Assembly: GCA_002633005.1 (NCBI GenBank)
Contig: NMRA01000092.1
Coordinates: forward strand, 615,511 to 679,510
Source of the DNA: Phoronis australis
Lineage: Eukaryota > Animalia > Phoronida
DNA: 64,000 bases
Reading direction: 5' to 3'
The notes below the pieces were generated by a model, which searched no databases, was not told the DNA's origin, and saw only the letters and a list, made by a program, of their open reading frames with translations. Both the position numbers and the translations under genes were made by a program. This document shows, piece after piece, positions 13,201-25,691 of this stretch (positions within the stretch are counted from its first letter, which is position 1; the number at the start of each line of letters is the position of its first letter).

Positions 13201-16200
13201 CAAAGCAAAGGGCGCAAAGCAAAGGGCGGGCTGAACAAGAATTACAAAAGTTATCTGAGAGCTTAGAGAATCTCAAACGTGTACGCAAGAAGTTCTCCAC
13301 TTGGCTGACATGGGACGAGATGATCAGATGCAAGTATGAGTGTGAACACAACTTTATGGGAACAAATTGCCACAATGGTGACATTTTTTGTCACCCATAA
13401 TGCGAAACTTAGGCATGCCAGAAGGGTACTAAATTTTGCACTTGCGCAATAAGGCCGGGTGATCAATTTCATGCAATTTCTACGATTTGCCATTCAGCTG
13501 TTCAGTGTTTCGTTTTCAACTTTAACTTTGATAGCCATTTTTATTATGTCTCCACCAACTTGTTCCAGTGCAGTATAGTACAATAATGGGGATTTGGCAG
13601 AAATAAGGAGTCTGATTTCAATCAAATTAAAACTTTTTGTTACTTTCAGTTGGCATAGAGTGACAGCTTAACTGACCATTTAGAACGCAGCGTTATTGAC
13701 ACACCTTCGTTTCCAAGCCGCCATTTTACCTGACAAACAACACGTTGTCGGGTAAAACTTGCTGTTTGTTAGTCAACATTAGGCAAGGGGGCGGAGCTTG
13801 CGATAGGTCAGTTGCATAGACTGGGGAATTAGAAGTGCCACCACACCGCAAACAATATTAATAACGAACTGTAACTCCTGCATTTTGCAATTTTGTGCAT
13901 GCTGCTACCTGAATGTTCCATCCTGCTATTGTTTCTAAGTTTTGTGCGTGGTGTGCAGGTGGTGTCCGTGTAAACAGCCACTTGACTTGATGAGTCATCT
14001 TCCAATATGTCAGTTATGCCATGTCAAAAGTTAATGTCTAAAGGGCACTGAAGAGGAATCCCATTACAATCTTTATAAAAACTTATGCAGTACAACATGA
14101 TACAATAAAATTTATTTAGAGGAAAATGTGGACTTGTACCATTGTTTTAGAAAGGCTTTTGGTAGCTGGTGTAGCTGTTGTTTGAGAGTAGATTGAAATT
14201 CTGGAATATGGTTGCCAAAAGCCAAATTTGTTACACCAGTTTCTGTCCTTGAAATTTTAATTTATTTCAGCCTGCATTTTCCGTGAGGACATAACGAATG
14301 CGATAACTGCCTTGCACAACACAATAGGAACTTTTGTGATAACAAGGACGGATAGTGACACCAGTTTACCTGGTTGACATAGAGAAGCATTGTCCAATCA
14401 CAAGATACCACAGAACAGCATGGCTTCCTAATGTTTCAGTATTTCATAAATTAAAGAGAATAAGCACTAATTAAGTGTTGTATTCTATATTTTTAAGACA
14501 GCTACAATCCGATAATGTTTGAGAAATTGTGGACATTCACAGCATAAGCCTTTCAAAATTAAAAGGGTCAATTTGGGCTGTTATTTTTGTTCGAAATAGC
14601 TGAGATTTTACTGTAGCTGATTTCTCTGTTCATTTCAAACTCCACTTCTTTTGGAAAAGCGGTGTTTTGCAAAACTGGTCAACAGATTGCTTAGAACTTC
14701 TTTCCACAAAAATATATGATACAAGTAGTTTGTTTTTGACTGTCTGTATAGATTGTTTTGTTCAAGATAATGAATACTTGATAGGCGTGTAGTTGTGATG
14801 AATCGGAATATTAATTTCCTGATGCAATGATATGCTTCGATAACCCTGTTATTGCCTTGGGGCCTCTCAGTATTAACTCTTGTATTGATCACTGGATTTG
14901 AAGTTATTGTTCAATAAAAACCCCAGTCATAAACTGTTTATGAACTGTTAATTACAGTCATGTCTTTCATCTGCTAAACCAATAGCAATTTAAGTTAGTA
15001 GTATTACTAATCAGTGTTCTTTTTCAGTTTGATTCTGGCTTCAGAAATGGGAAATTATAGACTAGTGTTGTTGACATGGTCAGTGAAGAAATGAAATATG
15101 TTGGCACTGATATCTGAATCTTGAAACTATTGCCAGTGTTAAGATCTGAAGCTTATAGTACCTTCTGGAACTTAACTCTCTTCTGACACAGGCAGACAAA
15201 AGCATTGTCTAATAAGACAGTCGTGGATTTATTATACAGTAACGCATGAATCTCGCGGTATTTGCCCACTATGCTATGATATCCGACAAGCAGTTCTCCT
15301 GTTCGTTATGGGGAGTTGCAGTCAGTATGAACCATTAACTTCAGTCCTGCATTGAAGTTAACAACTCCAGTTAACTGTGCAGTAAACAAGTGGATTTAAC
15401 AGCTGTATGAATAGTCAACTTGGGTCCCATTGAATGTATTTCCTCTGGGGCCACTGTTCTAGTCAACAAATAAATGTTCCAAATTATCACATTAAAAAAG
15501 TCTTAGCGTGCATGTGATGCATCAGAGTTTCCTTGCGATTATTTCATTGAGGACAGCGACACCTAGAATTGTTTACTTTGATGTCCACTAACTATTGAAG
15601 CTGGTCTGAATGGTTCACTTAACTTACATCGACACTTCGCTCATGTGAAAAAAAGTGAGTGACAACCTACAACTCAGCAAAGCAATCTTCACAATGTTTT
15701 CTAAAAAATATTATCACATTTAGGATGTCAGTTTTGAAGAATTGGTAAACTATTAACTAAAATGAAAAACTTGATATGGCATCTGAAGGACTTTGTTTGG
15801 CTTGCTGACTGCTGATTATGTTTCCTCTTCATTAGTTTAGTGATCTCCATATACACAGGTTCAGGAGGCAGTTCAGTTGTGTCTTGAGTTTTCAGAAAAC
15901 TTTGGGATTCAACAGACTGTAACTGTCGTGAATCAGTGGCCTTGCCTTCAAGCAACTAGATACAGTGTCATCGTGGAGTTCTTTCAATCTGAGCGTTTTT
16001 GTTCTTCCTAAACACCTCCGAGTGTTCTCGCCCTGCATTTTAATTGAACTGGTTACAGCGAATCTCTTGAAGTTACCGAAGTGGCCATACTGCCTTGGTA
16101 ACTGAAACTTTTGTAATCCTTAATATCTGAATCAGTAATGAAATCATAATCTGAATAAAAGGCATTACCGTACCAGACCATATTGTATAACACTGGCCTA

Positions 16201-16264
16201 AAATAAAAGTTGGAAATTGAAAAAGAGGCTAAGGTTTGTTGCACCTTTTACAGAAGCATTGACT

Positions 16265-17005
16265 AAGTATTAATAAAAACAACAACAGTTTTAAAACGGC
16301 TTGCCATGTTTCAGTGTCATTTATTTAAACACCATTATCAGAAGAAGAGGGATGGGTCACCTTGCTAGGCACAGGAACAAGTGATGAAACACAGACGCAG
16401 TCAGTTACAGGGAGTGACAATTAACTGGACCAACAATAACAACCTGTGGTGTGCCAGTTGCCTATTAAGATTGGGCTTGCACCAACTGATGTGTAGAGCC
16501 TCATGAATTTTAAGCTCCTTTGTTGTTTCTGCTTAATCTATTATAGCAAAATCATTGAAAGAGCATTGCAGATAACAATGATTGGAGCTCTGTATATAAA
16601 TATTTACATGTGAACCTCTGTCAGAATTTAGATGTTCCCTGGTCATGGTTTTCAAATGGTGAAAAGTTTCGCCTATATAACTGGAGCCTCATCCAGCACA
16701 GATAAATTTGTACACTACCCTGGATCGTAGACCCATAGGAATTTTGTCGTTTGGGTTAAATAAATTCAACAAATTTAGAAACTTGAATGATAATACAACT
16801 CTTAAGTTAACACAGTAATCATTCACTAATTTGTTGAGTTGGTATAGTTCATTGTCACTCCCTGTAACTGACTGTATCTGTGCTTCATTACTTGTTGCTG
16901 GGCCTAGCTAGGTGGCCATTGTATTATGACTTCTGAGGATGGTGTTTAATAAATGACACCGAAACATGTCAAGTTTTAAATCCGTTGTTGTTTTCGTGAA
17001 CATAT
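16265..17005. mobile_element. Penelope-like insertion with inverted pLTR copies
   Basis: 16265-16620 (minus) matches 24340-24670; 16845-17005 is the reverse complement of 16265-16430. Confidence 0.8.
16929..16974 (+). ncRNA. Minimal type I hammerhead ribozyme (Penelope pLTR)
   Basis: actt-CTGAGGA-t-ggtgt(ttaataaatg)acacc-GAAAC-at-GTC-aagt: intact core, stems I and II, palindromic ACATGT stem III. Confidence 0.8.
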
Positions 17006-17336
17006 TAATTATACGTAAAAACCTCTGTAGCTGTCCTCTAGTTAGCGTAGGATCTGCTTTGACACGTCTGAACTTGGATACATCACTCAGAATTTCATTC
17101 GAAGAATTGATATAATCACTACATTATTTCCCTTATCGGGTCTAATTATCACCGTGACTAGGTTTTGTTTCTTCGCAGTTCTTTGATGACCTTAAACTTT
17201 CTCAAATCACTCCAAGATGGTGTGTGGGACAACATGTTGGCGCTAATCTTGTTAAATCAGCCTTCAGTTCAATCTCTTTTAAGTAGGGTCAATAAGTTTT
17301 TCTTTCATAGCATCATGTATAAGCTCAAAACATACA

Positions 17337-18030
17337 TACCAAAAGACCATGTTTGCAGCAACCATGCTGCAAGTTTACGACAAACAATTTTGTTTGCAGC
17401 AAACCAGCCGCAATGTTTGCAGGAGTTTGCCACTACCCACAACTTAACCGCACACATTGCCGCAACCTTGCTGCAAACACTGAAGTTTGCAGGAAAGTTG
17501 CGGAAAACTTAATCAATGAAAAAGTGTTTGCAGGAAAGTTGCAGGAAACTTTATTGATCAAAAGTGTTTCCGGGAAAGTTGCAAGAAACTTTATTGATGA
17601 AAAAGTGTGCGAGAAAGTTGCAGGAAACTTAATTGATGAAAAAGTTTGCAGGAAAGTTGCAGGAAACTTTATTGATGAGAAAGTGTTTGTGGGAAAGTTG
17701 CAATAAACTTTATTGAGGAAAAAGTGTTTGCGGGAAAGTTGCAGGAAACTTAATTGATGAAAAAGTGTTTGTGGGAAAGTTGCAATAAACTTTATTGAGG
17801 AAAAAGTGTTTGCGGGAAAGTTGCAGGAAACTTAATTGATGAAAAAGTGTTTGCAGGAAAGTTGCAGGAAACTTTATTGATCAAAAGTGTTTCCGGGAAA
17901 GTTGCAGGAAACTTTATTGAGGAAAAAGTGTTTGTGGGAAAGTTGCAGGAAACTTTATTGGTGAAAAAGTGTTCTCAGGAAACACGTAGATAGGAGTTTT
18001 GTGGCAAAAATGCAGGAAACTTTAAATAAA
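17337..18030. repeat. ~40-41-bp minisatellite (about 12 copies, 17485-17985) within a ttgc(a/g)gcaa-rich transposon end
   Basis: Unit gcaggaaagttgcaggaaactttattgatgaaaaagtgttt; flanking motifs recur inverted at 23580-23860. Confidence 0.85.
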
Positions 18031-18554
18031 AAATCGTGGAAAGACTACAACAAACTTAATAGGTGAAAAAGTGGACTGTTACCAAGGAATGCCTCTTGGA
18101 ATACATTAATGTTTTAGCCTCCAGGGCTGTTGATTGTTGATTTAAATTATGCTTGCCCAGCTACATGTTGAACTGATGGGACTGTTATCAAGGAAAGCAT
18201 GTGGTTGTCAAGGTTACATGCCAGGGACCTATAAGCTTTCATTTGAACTGTATTCAAATGGTTTTGGTACATACAGCATAGACTCTACATGGATAACTGA
18301 AGAACTGCATGGATGTGAGTTTTGATTTTAAAATTGTATTGATGTTGATGTGATTGTTAAGCAATATTACTTAGATTTCATTCATGAATCAGTAGTTTTG
18401 GTCTTACTAACAAAAGAAAGTTTCTTTTCTAACTGATTCAGCCAAATTGGAGGTTATAATGGTTAGGGAAAAGTACAGCAGAGATTTCAAAATGAGTTGG
18501 GTTGAGATCAGAAATAGCTAGTTTGCAAAATCTTGTCAACTTGCATGCAACCAG

Positions 18555-19934
18555 GGCCCGGTCTCCAATCTCCGTACTTAGACTCATACTCATACTCGAG
18601 ATTTCACACTCAAAATCGTGCTCACTGGAGTCGTACTCAAAAAAGCGTATCTAATGTCGTATTTCGAGTAGACTCCAAACGTACTCAAATCTGACACTCA
18701 TACTCAAGTTGCTATGGAACTCTTTATGATGTGAAATGCAAAATCACGCAAAGCTGCGCTGATTCATCGCTTCCTATTGGAATAGACCACCCCAAGAACT
18801 AGGCCTACATTATCGTCTGCTGTCGCTACAACTACAAGAGTGTGTCTATAACGTGGAATTCTGAGTGTTCTGTAACTATTATTCATTTTTTAGTTTCAAT
18901 AAATATTCTTATGCTATTTGTTTGATACATTTGGCAATTATTAAGCTTTACTTCTTGAGTTCCTCACCCGGTCCCGAAAATGTCTTAAGAAATTTGTAAC
19001 AGCTTATCACATCACATCTCTGTTGCTAGTTTAGTCTTGACATAAAACCCATTGCTGTGTAGGCCTACGCAGATATCAAACTTTGATACTGTATCTTTGT
19101 ATTTTACCGGGATGTATCAAGTGAGTTGACATTTGGCACGTGAGTTAAAAAACAATACTTGTGCAAGCATTCAGAGTTCACCAGTGGCAGTGAACGGGAC
19201 GAGACGTCTACTTAGAAATCAGCAAACAAAATCTGAAAGTCCATTTGGGGATTGAGGAATTATACATGACTAAGTTATGATGAGAAATGTACGTGACAGG
19301 GAAGCGAACTTTTTTTAACTTCACTCCTCGTCTTTTGGAAACCCTACAAAACGTAGGCACGGGTACCGAAATAAGGGCAGCACAAACTTCTCACACGACT
19401 TCCCACAACTGCTTTCGACGCTTGTTATGACTCGCCGACAAGGGATTTCAATGCGTCTGTTGCCAGGAATTGTAGAGGTAGAATGGCGGCCATAACATAC
19501 AGTGATACGGCGGGTTAATAAGGTGAAGAATAAGAAGATTTAAGATGAAAACTATTATCTCTGAACTGAAATTGAAGTGCTGAGATACGGTAAGAGGACT
19601 TATTTTTTTAGATTTGCTGTGTTTCTTGGTTCCCTTTTGATATTTTGTTCTCTGGCTCGTATTTATTTTCGAGTACGATTTCAAGCACACTGCCATACCA
19701 AACTTGAAATTTGAGCATCGACTCTGAATTTTTACTCAAAATCGTACTCGAAATATAGATGAGATACACTTCAGTTCGAGTACACTCGAAAACTGAGTAT
19801 GTGCTCGAAATTTCGAGTACAGATTTTTCGAGTATGACATTGAATACACCAAAGCTGAGTCTGTACTCGAGTTGAGTATGAAGTGTGAGTTTGAGTGTGA
19901 TTCGAGTCTGAGTACGGAGATTGGAGACCGCGCC
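18555..19934. mobile_element. PIF/Harbinger-like MITE
   Basis: TIR ggcccggtctccaatctccgtact / agtacggagattggagaccgcgcc; CAG target duplication; tactc/gagta subterminal repeats. Confidence 0.85.
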
Positions 19935-21690
19935 CAGACCTTCTAATCAATCACTTAATTGAGACTGTGTCAATTTTCACGTCTTTCACTGACTGTTTGA
20001 TTCACAGTAGGGAACAACATTTTTATTTTGGTTTAATGCATGGTAACTGTTAGGCACAAATAAGATTTGCATATTGTATATTAAATACCGGTAGATGTTT
20101 TAACTGCCATCACCTTCAGACATACCTCAGTTCTCTGCAGTCATACTGGTTAATTTAACTCAAGTTAAACTGTCTGTTCATACATGAGCAATTAGAACAA
20201 ATTTCTGCTAAAAACGTAATTGAGATTCTAATATTGCTATCACAAATGCCTTTTTGTGGAAAGTGAAATAGTATTCATGTTTCAGGTTTATGAATATTGA
20301 GCAACATAATGTACTTGATGAAAGCTAGACACACTGCGGAGGTTATGAGGCAACAAGTTTTAGTTGAAAACACGAACAAATGGCATACACAGCATCTCAA
20401 AGTTGGTTAGAACAAACAAGGAAGAAAACTGGAGCGATCATCCCATGATCCCTATGGAACACCACTGATTGCTGTAATGCAGATTAGTCTGGAGAGTAGA
20501 ATGTGTTTAGAACATCTACTGGTAAGACTTAGTGTGACTTAATAACTGGACAACCTGTGTAGTTGTTCGTTTCAACACCAAGGTAGTGTTGTAGAATGGA
20601 AAGGAATAATTTGTGTTTGATGCCTAAGCTAAATGAATCTTGGTATTGGATGATATGTAATCCCTATAGTCCGAAATATTGCGAATTTCAACATACAAGT
20701 TCAATAATAGCCCATTCAGTAGACTGATGTTTCATGAAACCATATTGGGAAGCAAAAATAGTAATGAAGTATTAGACAGTTTTCAAATATTTTAGATGAA
20801 CATGGGAAAATAAATATGTTTATAATTGTTAAGAGTGATTTTTTTCAGTTGGCAAGTAATGAGGTAATTTAAATAAAATACTTAAATATGCTCGACATGC
20901 TGTTCTAAGTATGCCTTTCTACGGAGGGAGAGTCTGATTTTATGGTTTTCTCCACTGGCATTTGACATAATTTGCACCATTTTCAATGCTAATAAACACC
21001 CCGTTGGCGGCGCAGCCATGGGCGCATTTCAACGCTCTATGTTGCTGTTGTTAGTTTAGTCTGGTAAATAATATTGTTACATTTACCATAGATTTTGTCA
21101 TGCATTAAGAATAAAACATCTTGATATATTGTAATTAAGGCTTGCATATGTGACGGGACGTTCGTAACTACGCTTATTGTTATTCTTATTTAGTTGCAAA
21201 TGTTAAGTTATTCTTATGCTAATGTCTTTGTTGTGTCTCATTGCGCCTTTGTTACGTGGGCATGCGGGCGCGACTGTACGTGTCGGGCACTTTGCTTGCG
21301 ACAGGCTTAGGAGAAGGGTGTTTCCTTCCTTGGCTTACATGAAATTGATCGTTATCATGTGCAACTGAACTGAACATATGCCTGATGAGATGAAATACAC
21401 ATTTTTGATGCTCAGTGGAGACTTGCTCTGTTACACATACATTCAAGTTGTTCTCTTTTGACACAATTTTGATTGTAATACAAGTATTATTACTAATTGC
21501 CACTGTAGACACTTTTTAGTTTCTGTTTTTCATTGTCATGTGATTTTGGTTTCATTTCTAGTCATTATACATAAAATTGAAAACTATCATGTTAAATCCA
21601 GTATGCAGCTGATTCTGTATTTTCTTGTTTTAACAAGCGGGGATGCAATAAAAATTATGTATTTTCCAAGGACATTTGTGCATTAAATTA

Positions 21691-23505
21691 CCGTAAACGT
21701 TCGGGTTAACGCCCTGGGCGGTTAAATTGGCAAACCCAAAAAATCGGGGGTGGGCGGTTAACCAGACATGGGCGCTTAAACGTAAAACTTCAAAAAATCC
21801 AGGGTGGGCGGTTAACCGAACATGGGCGCTTATTATGACAGGCAAGCGCCCTGGGCGGTTAATCTTACCTCGTGATCTAAGTACCCACACCACACACGTA
21901 GTCGTAGGCCTACTCGGAACGCGTAGCACTTTTCAGAGCGTTGTTGTCACGTCGCCACATGACGGGAAGAATGTCATAACAGCGGATGATCCTAACAAAA
22001 GTTATCATGCCCTCATATTAGTTATTCACTATTAAATTTACAGAATTGATGAGTAATAGCTCCGTGCCGTCCTGCGGTCTTGTTATTTAGCCCTGTAGTG
22101 TAGAGCGCAGACGACCAGTGACCACGCAGCCTCTACTTGGATTGCAACTATTTCATCTTGCTAAAGTGCGCGCGTGCAAGCTTCACGTGTTGCAGAGGTC
22201 ACAGCAGACATCAGATTTATGGTTACAGTCTCGTACTAGCTGCCAAGTTCATAGTCAGAGAGAGCAGTTTTAAAATTGGTTGTAATAAAAGTTTGAAAAC
22301 CTTAATTCAGATGTTTTTTGTGTTTGGGATGTTTATAGTCAACACTCCGTGACTCAATGACATTTTCAGCGTATGGTTCTGTGGCTTGCTGTTTTATCTC
22401 GACTGCCCGGCATTGCTCACTTGCCGTTGCGCCAAACATGCTCGGCAAAGAAGTAGGTCCAAGACAAGAATCGGGGTTAAGCGGCCGTGTGCCACTCGTC
22501 AATCGAGAATAAAATTTCGAGCCACGGCATAAATGTGTGATAAAACGCTACAAAACAGCGATGTTTCAATTCATAAACGATCACCTTACCAAACTTCGTG
22601 GTGGAAAAACATTTATTTTTCATGCAAGATGTCCAGATTATCCTATTTATATCACTTGCAATATCGCACTGCGGCACTGTTCGGTCCCGTTGTTAGCGCG
22701 CAATGTCTCAGTCGGCTGACAATCGTGACTTGGAAATGCCGTCAAGTAATATAACGGCCTCTTTCAATATGCATCTCGTTTTTTATGGCCAAAGATAGCG
22801 GCGGGATTCAGCACGCGCGTAGGGCCTACGTGCGAGTCACCTGTCAATCACATGTTGGTGTCAAGGTAACATGCACTCCAAAGTGTGGGAACTTGCGCGC
22901 GTGCACCACTACAAAGTCACACATCAAAAGAGAATAGCGACAGTCCTAAGTAACAGAAACGGGCGTGACTATATACTTTTAACCATTGTCTCATTTCTCT
23001 GGCCTGATTTTTTCGAATATATGTTTTATCAAGTGCACTGCAGACGAAAACTCAGCGCGGCAGACAAAGTCGCTGAAAGCGGAGGTTTTGACGCCGGCGG
23101 CGTTCTTAAACTTTGCAAACATGGGAAGAAAATAAAGTGACAAAAACGTTCAAGTATTATATTTTGAAGTGAGTCCATGACCCAAGACAATAACTCGTTA
23201 CTTGTATAATTGCAATTCACATTGCTAAACCACCGTCTCGGAGGCCCGGCGTCGTTGCGCTCATTGTGATCATCGATCTTTTTCTAAAAGTCGGGGAATC
23301 GCGCGTTTCCTTAGCACTGGGCGCTAAATCTTCATTCTTTAAAAGTCGGGGATGGGCGCTTAACCGAGAGGTGGGCGCTTAACTGGAAATCTTCAAAAAT
23401 CGCAGGGGGGCGCTTAACCGAGCAGTGGGCGGTTAAATCAAAAATCCACCTAAAGTAGGGGGTGGGCGGTTAACTGAGCATGGGCGTTAACCCGAACGTT
23501 TACGG
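21691..23505. mobile_element. Tc1/mariner (pogo-like) non-autonomous element
   Basis: Perfect 24-bp TIR ccgtaaacgttcgggttaacgccc, TA on both sides, gggcg(c/g)ttaa subterminal repeats; no transposase ORF seen. Confidence 0.9.
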
Positions 23506-23576
23506 TATTCATGCCACAATTCAAGTATGTTGTAGACATGCAGCAATATTTTTTTCAGGTGGTTCACAGAAACTTC

Positions 23577-23865
23577 CCATAACCCCATGAAGATGTTTGC
23601 GGCAAGCCTGCAGCAATGTGTGCAGCTGGGTTGCAGTAATTGTTCTATATAAGGACATAGAGATTTTGCAGCAAGCTTGCGGCAAACTTCATTTGCATGG
23701 TAAAAGTTTGCTGCATGTTTGCGGCAAACGTGCGGCAGGCTTGCAGCAATGATTGCGGCTGGGTTGCAGGAAATTTGCATCCACTCTTTGATCAGAGTTG
23801 ATTCCATGTGTTTGCGGCTGGTTTGCAGAAACTTTGCAGCAAGGTTGCCGCAACTTTGCTTTTTG
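23577..23865. repeat. ttgc(a/g)gcaa-rich transposon-end repeat related to 17337-17480
   Basis: tttgcagcaaggttgccgcaa and ttgcggctggtttgc are near reverse complements of motifs at 17394-17477. Confidence 0.6.
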
Positions 23866-24030
23866 ATGACTTCATCGAGAGTGAAAGGCAATACAGTGTT
23901 ACGGGTCAACTTCCTGAGCTCATTTTCATGCACTAAATTGGTGGTTCTGTTTTTTGCCTTTTCAACATTATGGGAAATACGTCGGTTCAGGACACACATC
24001 GATGGTTGTCATTGAGTTATTTAGTATCTC

Positions 24031-24680
24031 CTATAGTTTGTTCTTATCTCGCCATATAGTTCTTGCTTCTTTTTCCCTTTTTGTGATTGTGCTCCTGAGA
24101 AGTGTTTTCCTGATGGCATGAACATCATTAGGGAATGTGTTGGGAAAGCACAAGAATTTAGGGAACACTCCAAGAGCCCGACAGTTCTTTAGAAAATTGA
24201 TGTCCTGATTAGCCTTCTGCTCTCCGACTGCAAGTTTTTCCAGTCTGCGCACCTCCATGGCTTCAATATCTTCATATTGTCTTGAGATTTCCAAAAGATC
24301 TCCATGATAGCAAGTAGCAGCATATATTAATAAAAACAACTACGGTTTTAAAATGGCTTGACATGTTTCGGTGTCATTTATTTAAACACCATCATCAGAA
24401 GAAGAGAGAATATAGTGGCCACCCAGCTAGGCCCAGCAACAAGTGATGAAACACAGACACAGTCAGTTACAGGGAGTGACAATGAACTAGACCAACAATG
24501 ACAACCAGTGTGGTGTGCCAGTTGCCTATTGAGATTGGGCTTGCACCAACTGATGTGTAGAGCCTCACCAGTTTTAAGCTCCTTTGTTGTTTCTGCTTGG
24601 TCTGTTATAGCAAAGTCATAGAAAGAGCATTGCAATGATTAGAGCTCTGTAGATGAATATTTGCATGTTAACCTCTGTCT
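24031..24680 (-). mobile_element. Penelope-like fragment: endonuclease C-terminus, pLTR, ORF N-terminus
   Basis: ELKTGEALHISWCKPNLNRQL (GIY-YIG tail), then a hammerhead, then RRLEKL...DINFLKNCRALGVFPKFL (PLE ORF start). Confidence 0.85.
24357..24401 (-). ncRNA. Minimal type I hammerhead ribozyme (Penelope pLTR)
   Basis: Minus strand ctt-CTGATGA-t-ggtgt(ttaaataaatg)acacc-GAAAC-at-GTC-aag; intact core. Confidence 0.82.
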
Positions 24681-25139
24681 TGACTGTGTCCATTTTGTCT
24701 GAATCCTCCCTGTAAAATATTCCTACACAGGATCTATCTGCATAAACTGTAATAAAAATACCATTATATGTGTTACGTGAGTCACTGTGTTGTTGCATAG
24801 CCTCACCTGTCTGTAGCTATACTGGTGCTAGAAAACCAGCATGGTGTCTAATAAACCCCAGGTTCACTGGATGATCCCACTGGGTGGAAACAGAAGCACC
24901 AGGATGTCAACAGAAGCTGGATAAAATCCACTTTGCTTTATATTACAAAAAAAGGTTTTTACCAGTATCAATGAGTGACTATTGGTCAATATTTTCTGAC
25001 ACCCACAATGTATTATGACTACAGTGGCCTGAAAAGGGCACTCAGAATGATCAATAGGAACATTTTAATTGCCAATATAAAGAGGCGGGGTCCCCTTGTG
25101 ACAGTTTTAGTTTTTACATTGACCTATATACCTACAGAG

Positions 25140-25691
25140 TTCTTGTACAGATTTTGGTGAAAGTTGGCAAATATGTTTTCAAGTTTGTTACAGAGATGTC
25201 TGTCAAGAACTTTCCATTTGATTTTATGGAAATCTGTGCCTCGCGCTATGCCCATTTTTATTATTTTTGCATCTGTTTTAGTATCCACCTATTACAGTCC
25301 GTCACTAAACCTTAAGCATCATCGTAAAATTTCACAAGATGTGTTTCTATTGAGATGAACACAACTGACTTTGATTTTTGGACAGGTTGAACTACTGTGG
25401 CATTCTGTAGTGGCAATCATAAATTTTCTTTGTATGTGTCTTCCATGTTCCTTGGTGGTTTTTCATAAAATTTGTCAATGAGGAAATGACGACATAGTCT
25501 CATTTCATGGTAGATTTAAGGTATACTGCTCTCCCCAATGGACACTTTTGCCATTTTTGTTTCAATTTTATTGTTTGCCTTTCCACCAAAACCTAATTGA
25601 GGTGATTGTAATTGTCATAGATATGACACTTATTTACACTCCTAGAAGCATACTGTGGTGTAGTCGTGTGAGCATTTTGCATTGCTTTGGT
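25140..25691 (-). mobile_element. Degenerate copy of the 703-2751 Helentron-like family
   Basis: Diverged ~145-bp subunits (tgtagtggcaa, aaaatttgtca) and a gcattgctttggt end. Confidence 0.5.

Noticed and set aside
13194-13400. Coiled-coil-looking 68-aa ORF
   Set aside because: Runs into the 7.1-kb MITE family sequence; no splice or homology support.
14270-14440. Possible sarcoglycan cadherin-domain exon (LP..WL..QHGFL)
   Set aside because: Requires a frameshift and contains a stop; the similarity is too weak.
17353-17706. 117-aa repetitive ORF (also the 170-aa ORF at 23487-23999)
   Set aside because: Translation of minisatellite and subterminal repeats.
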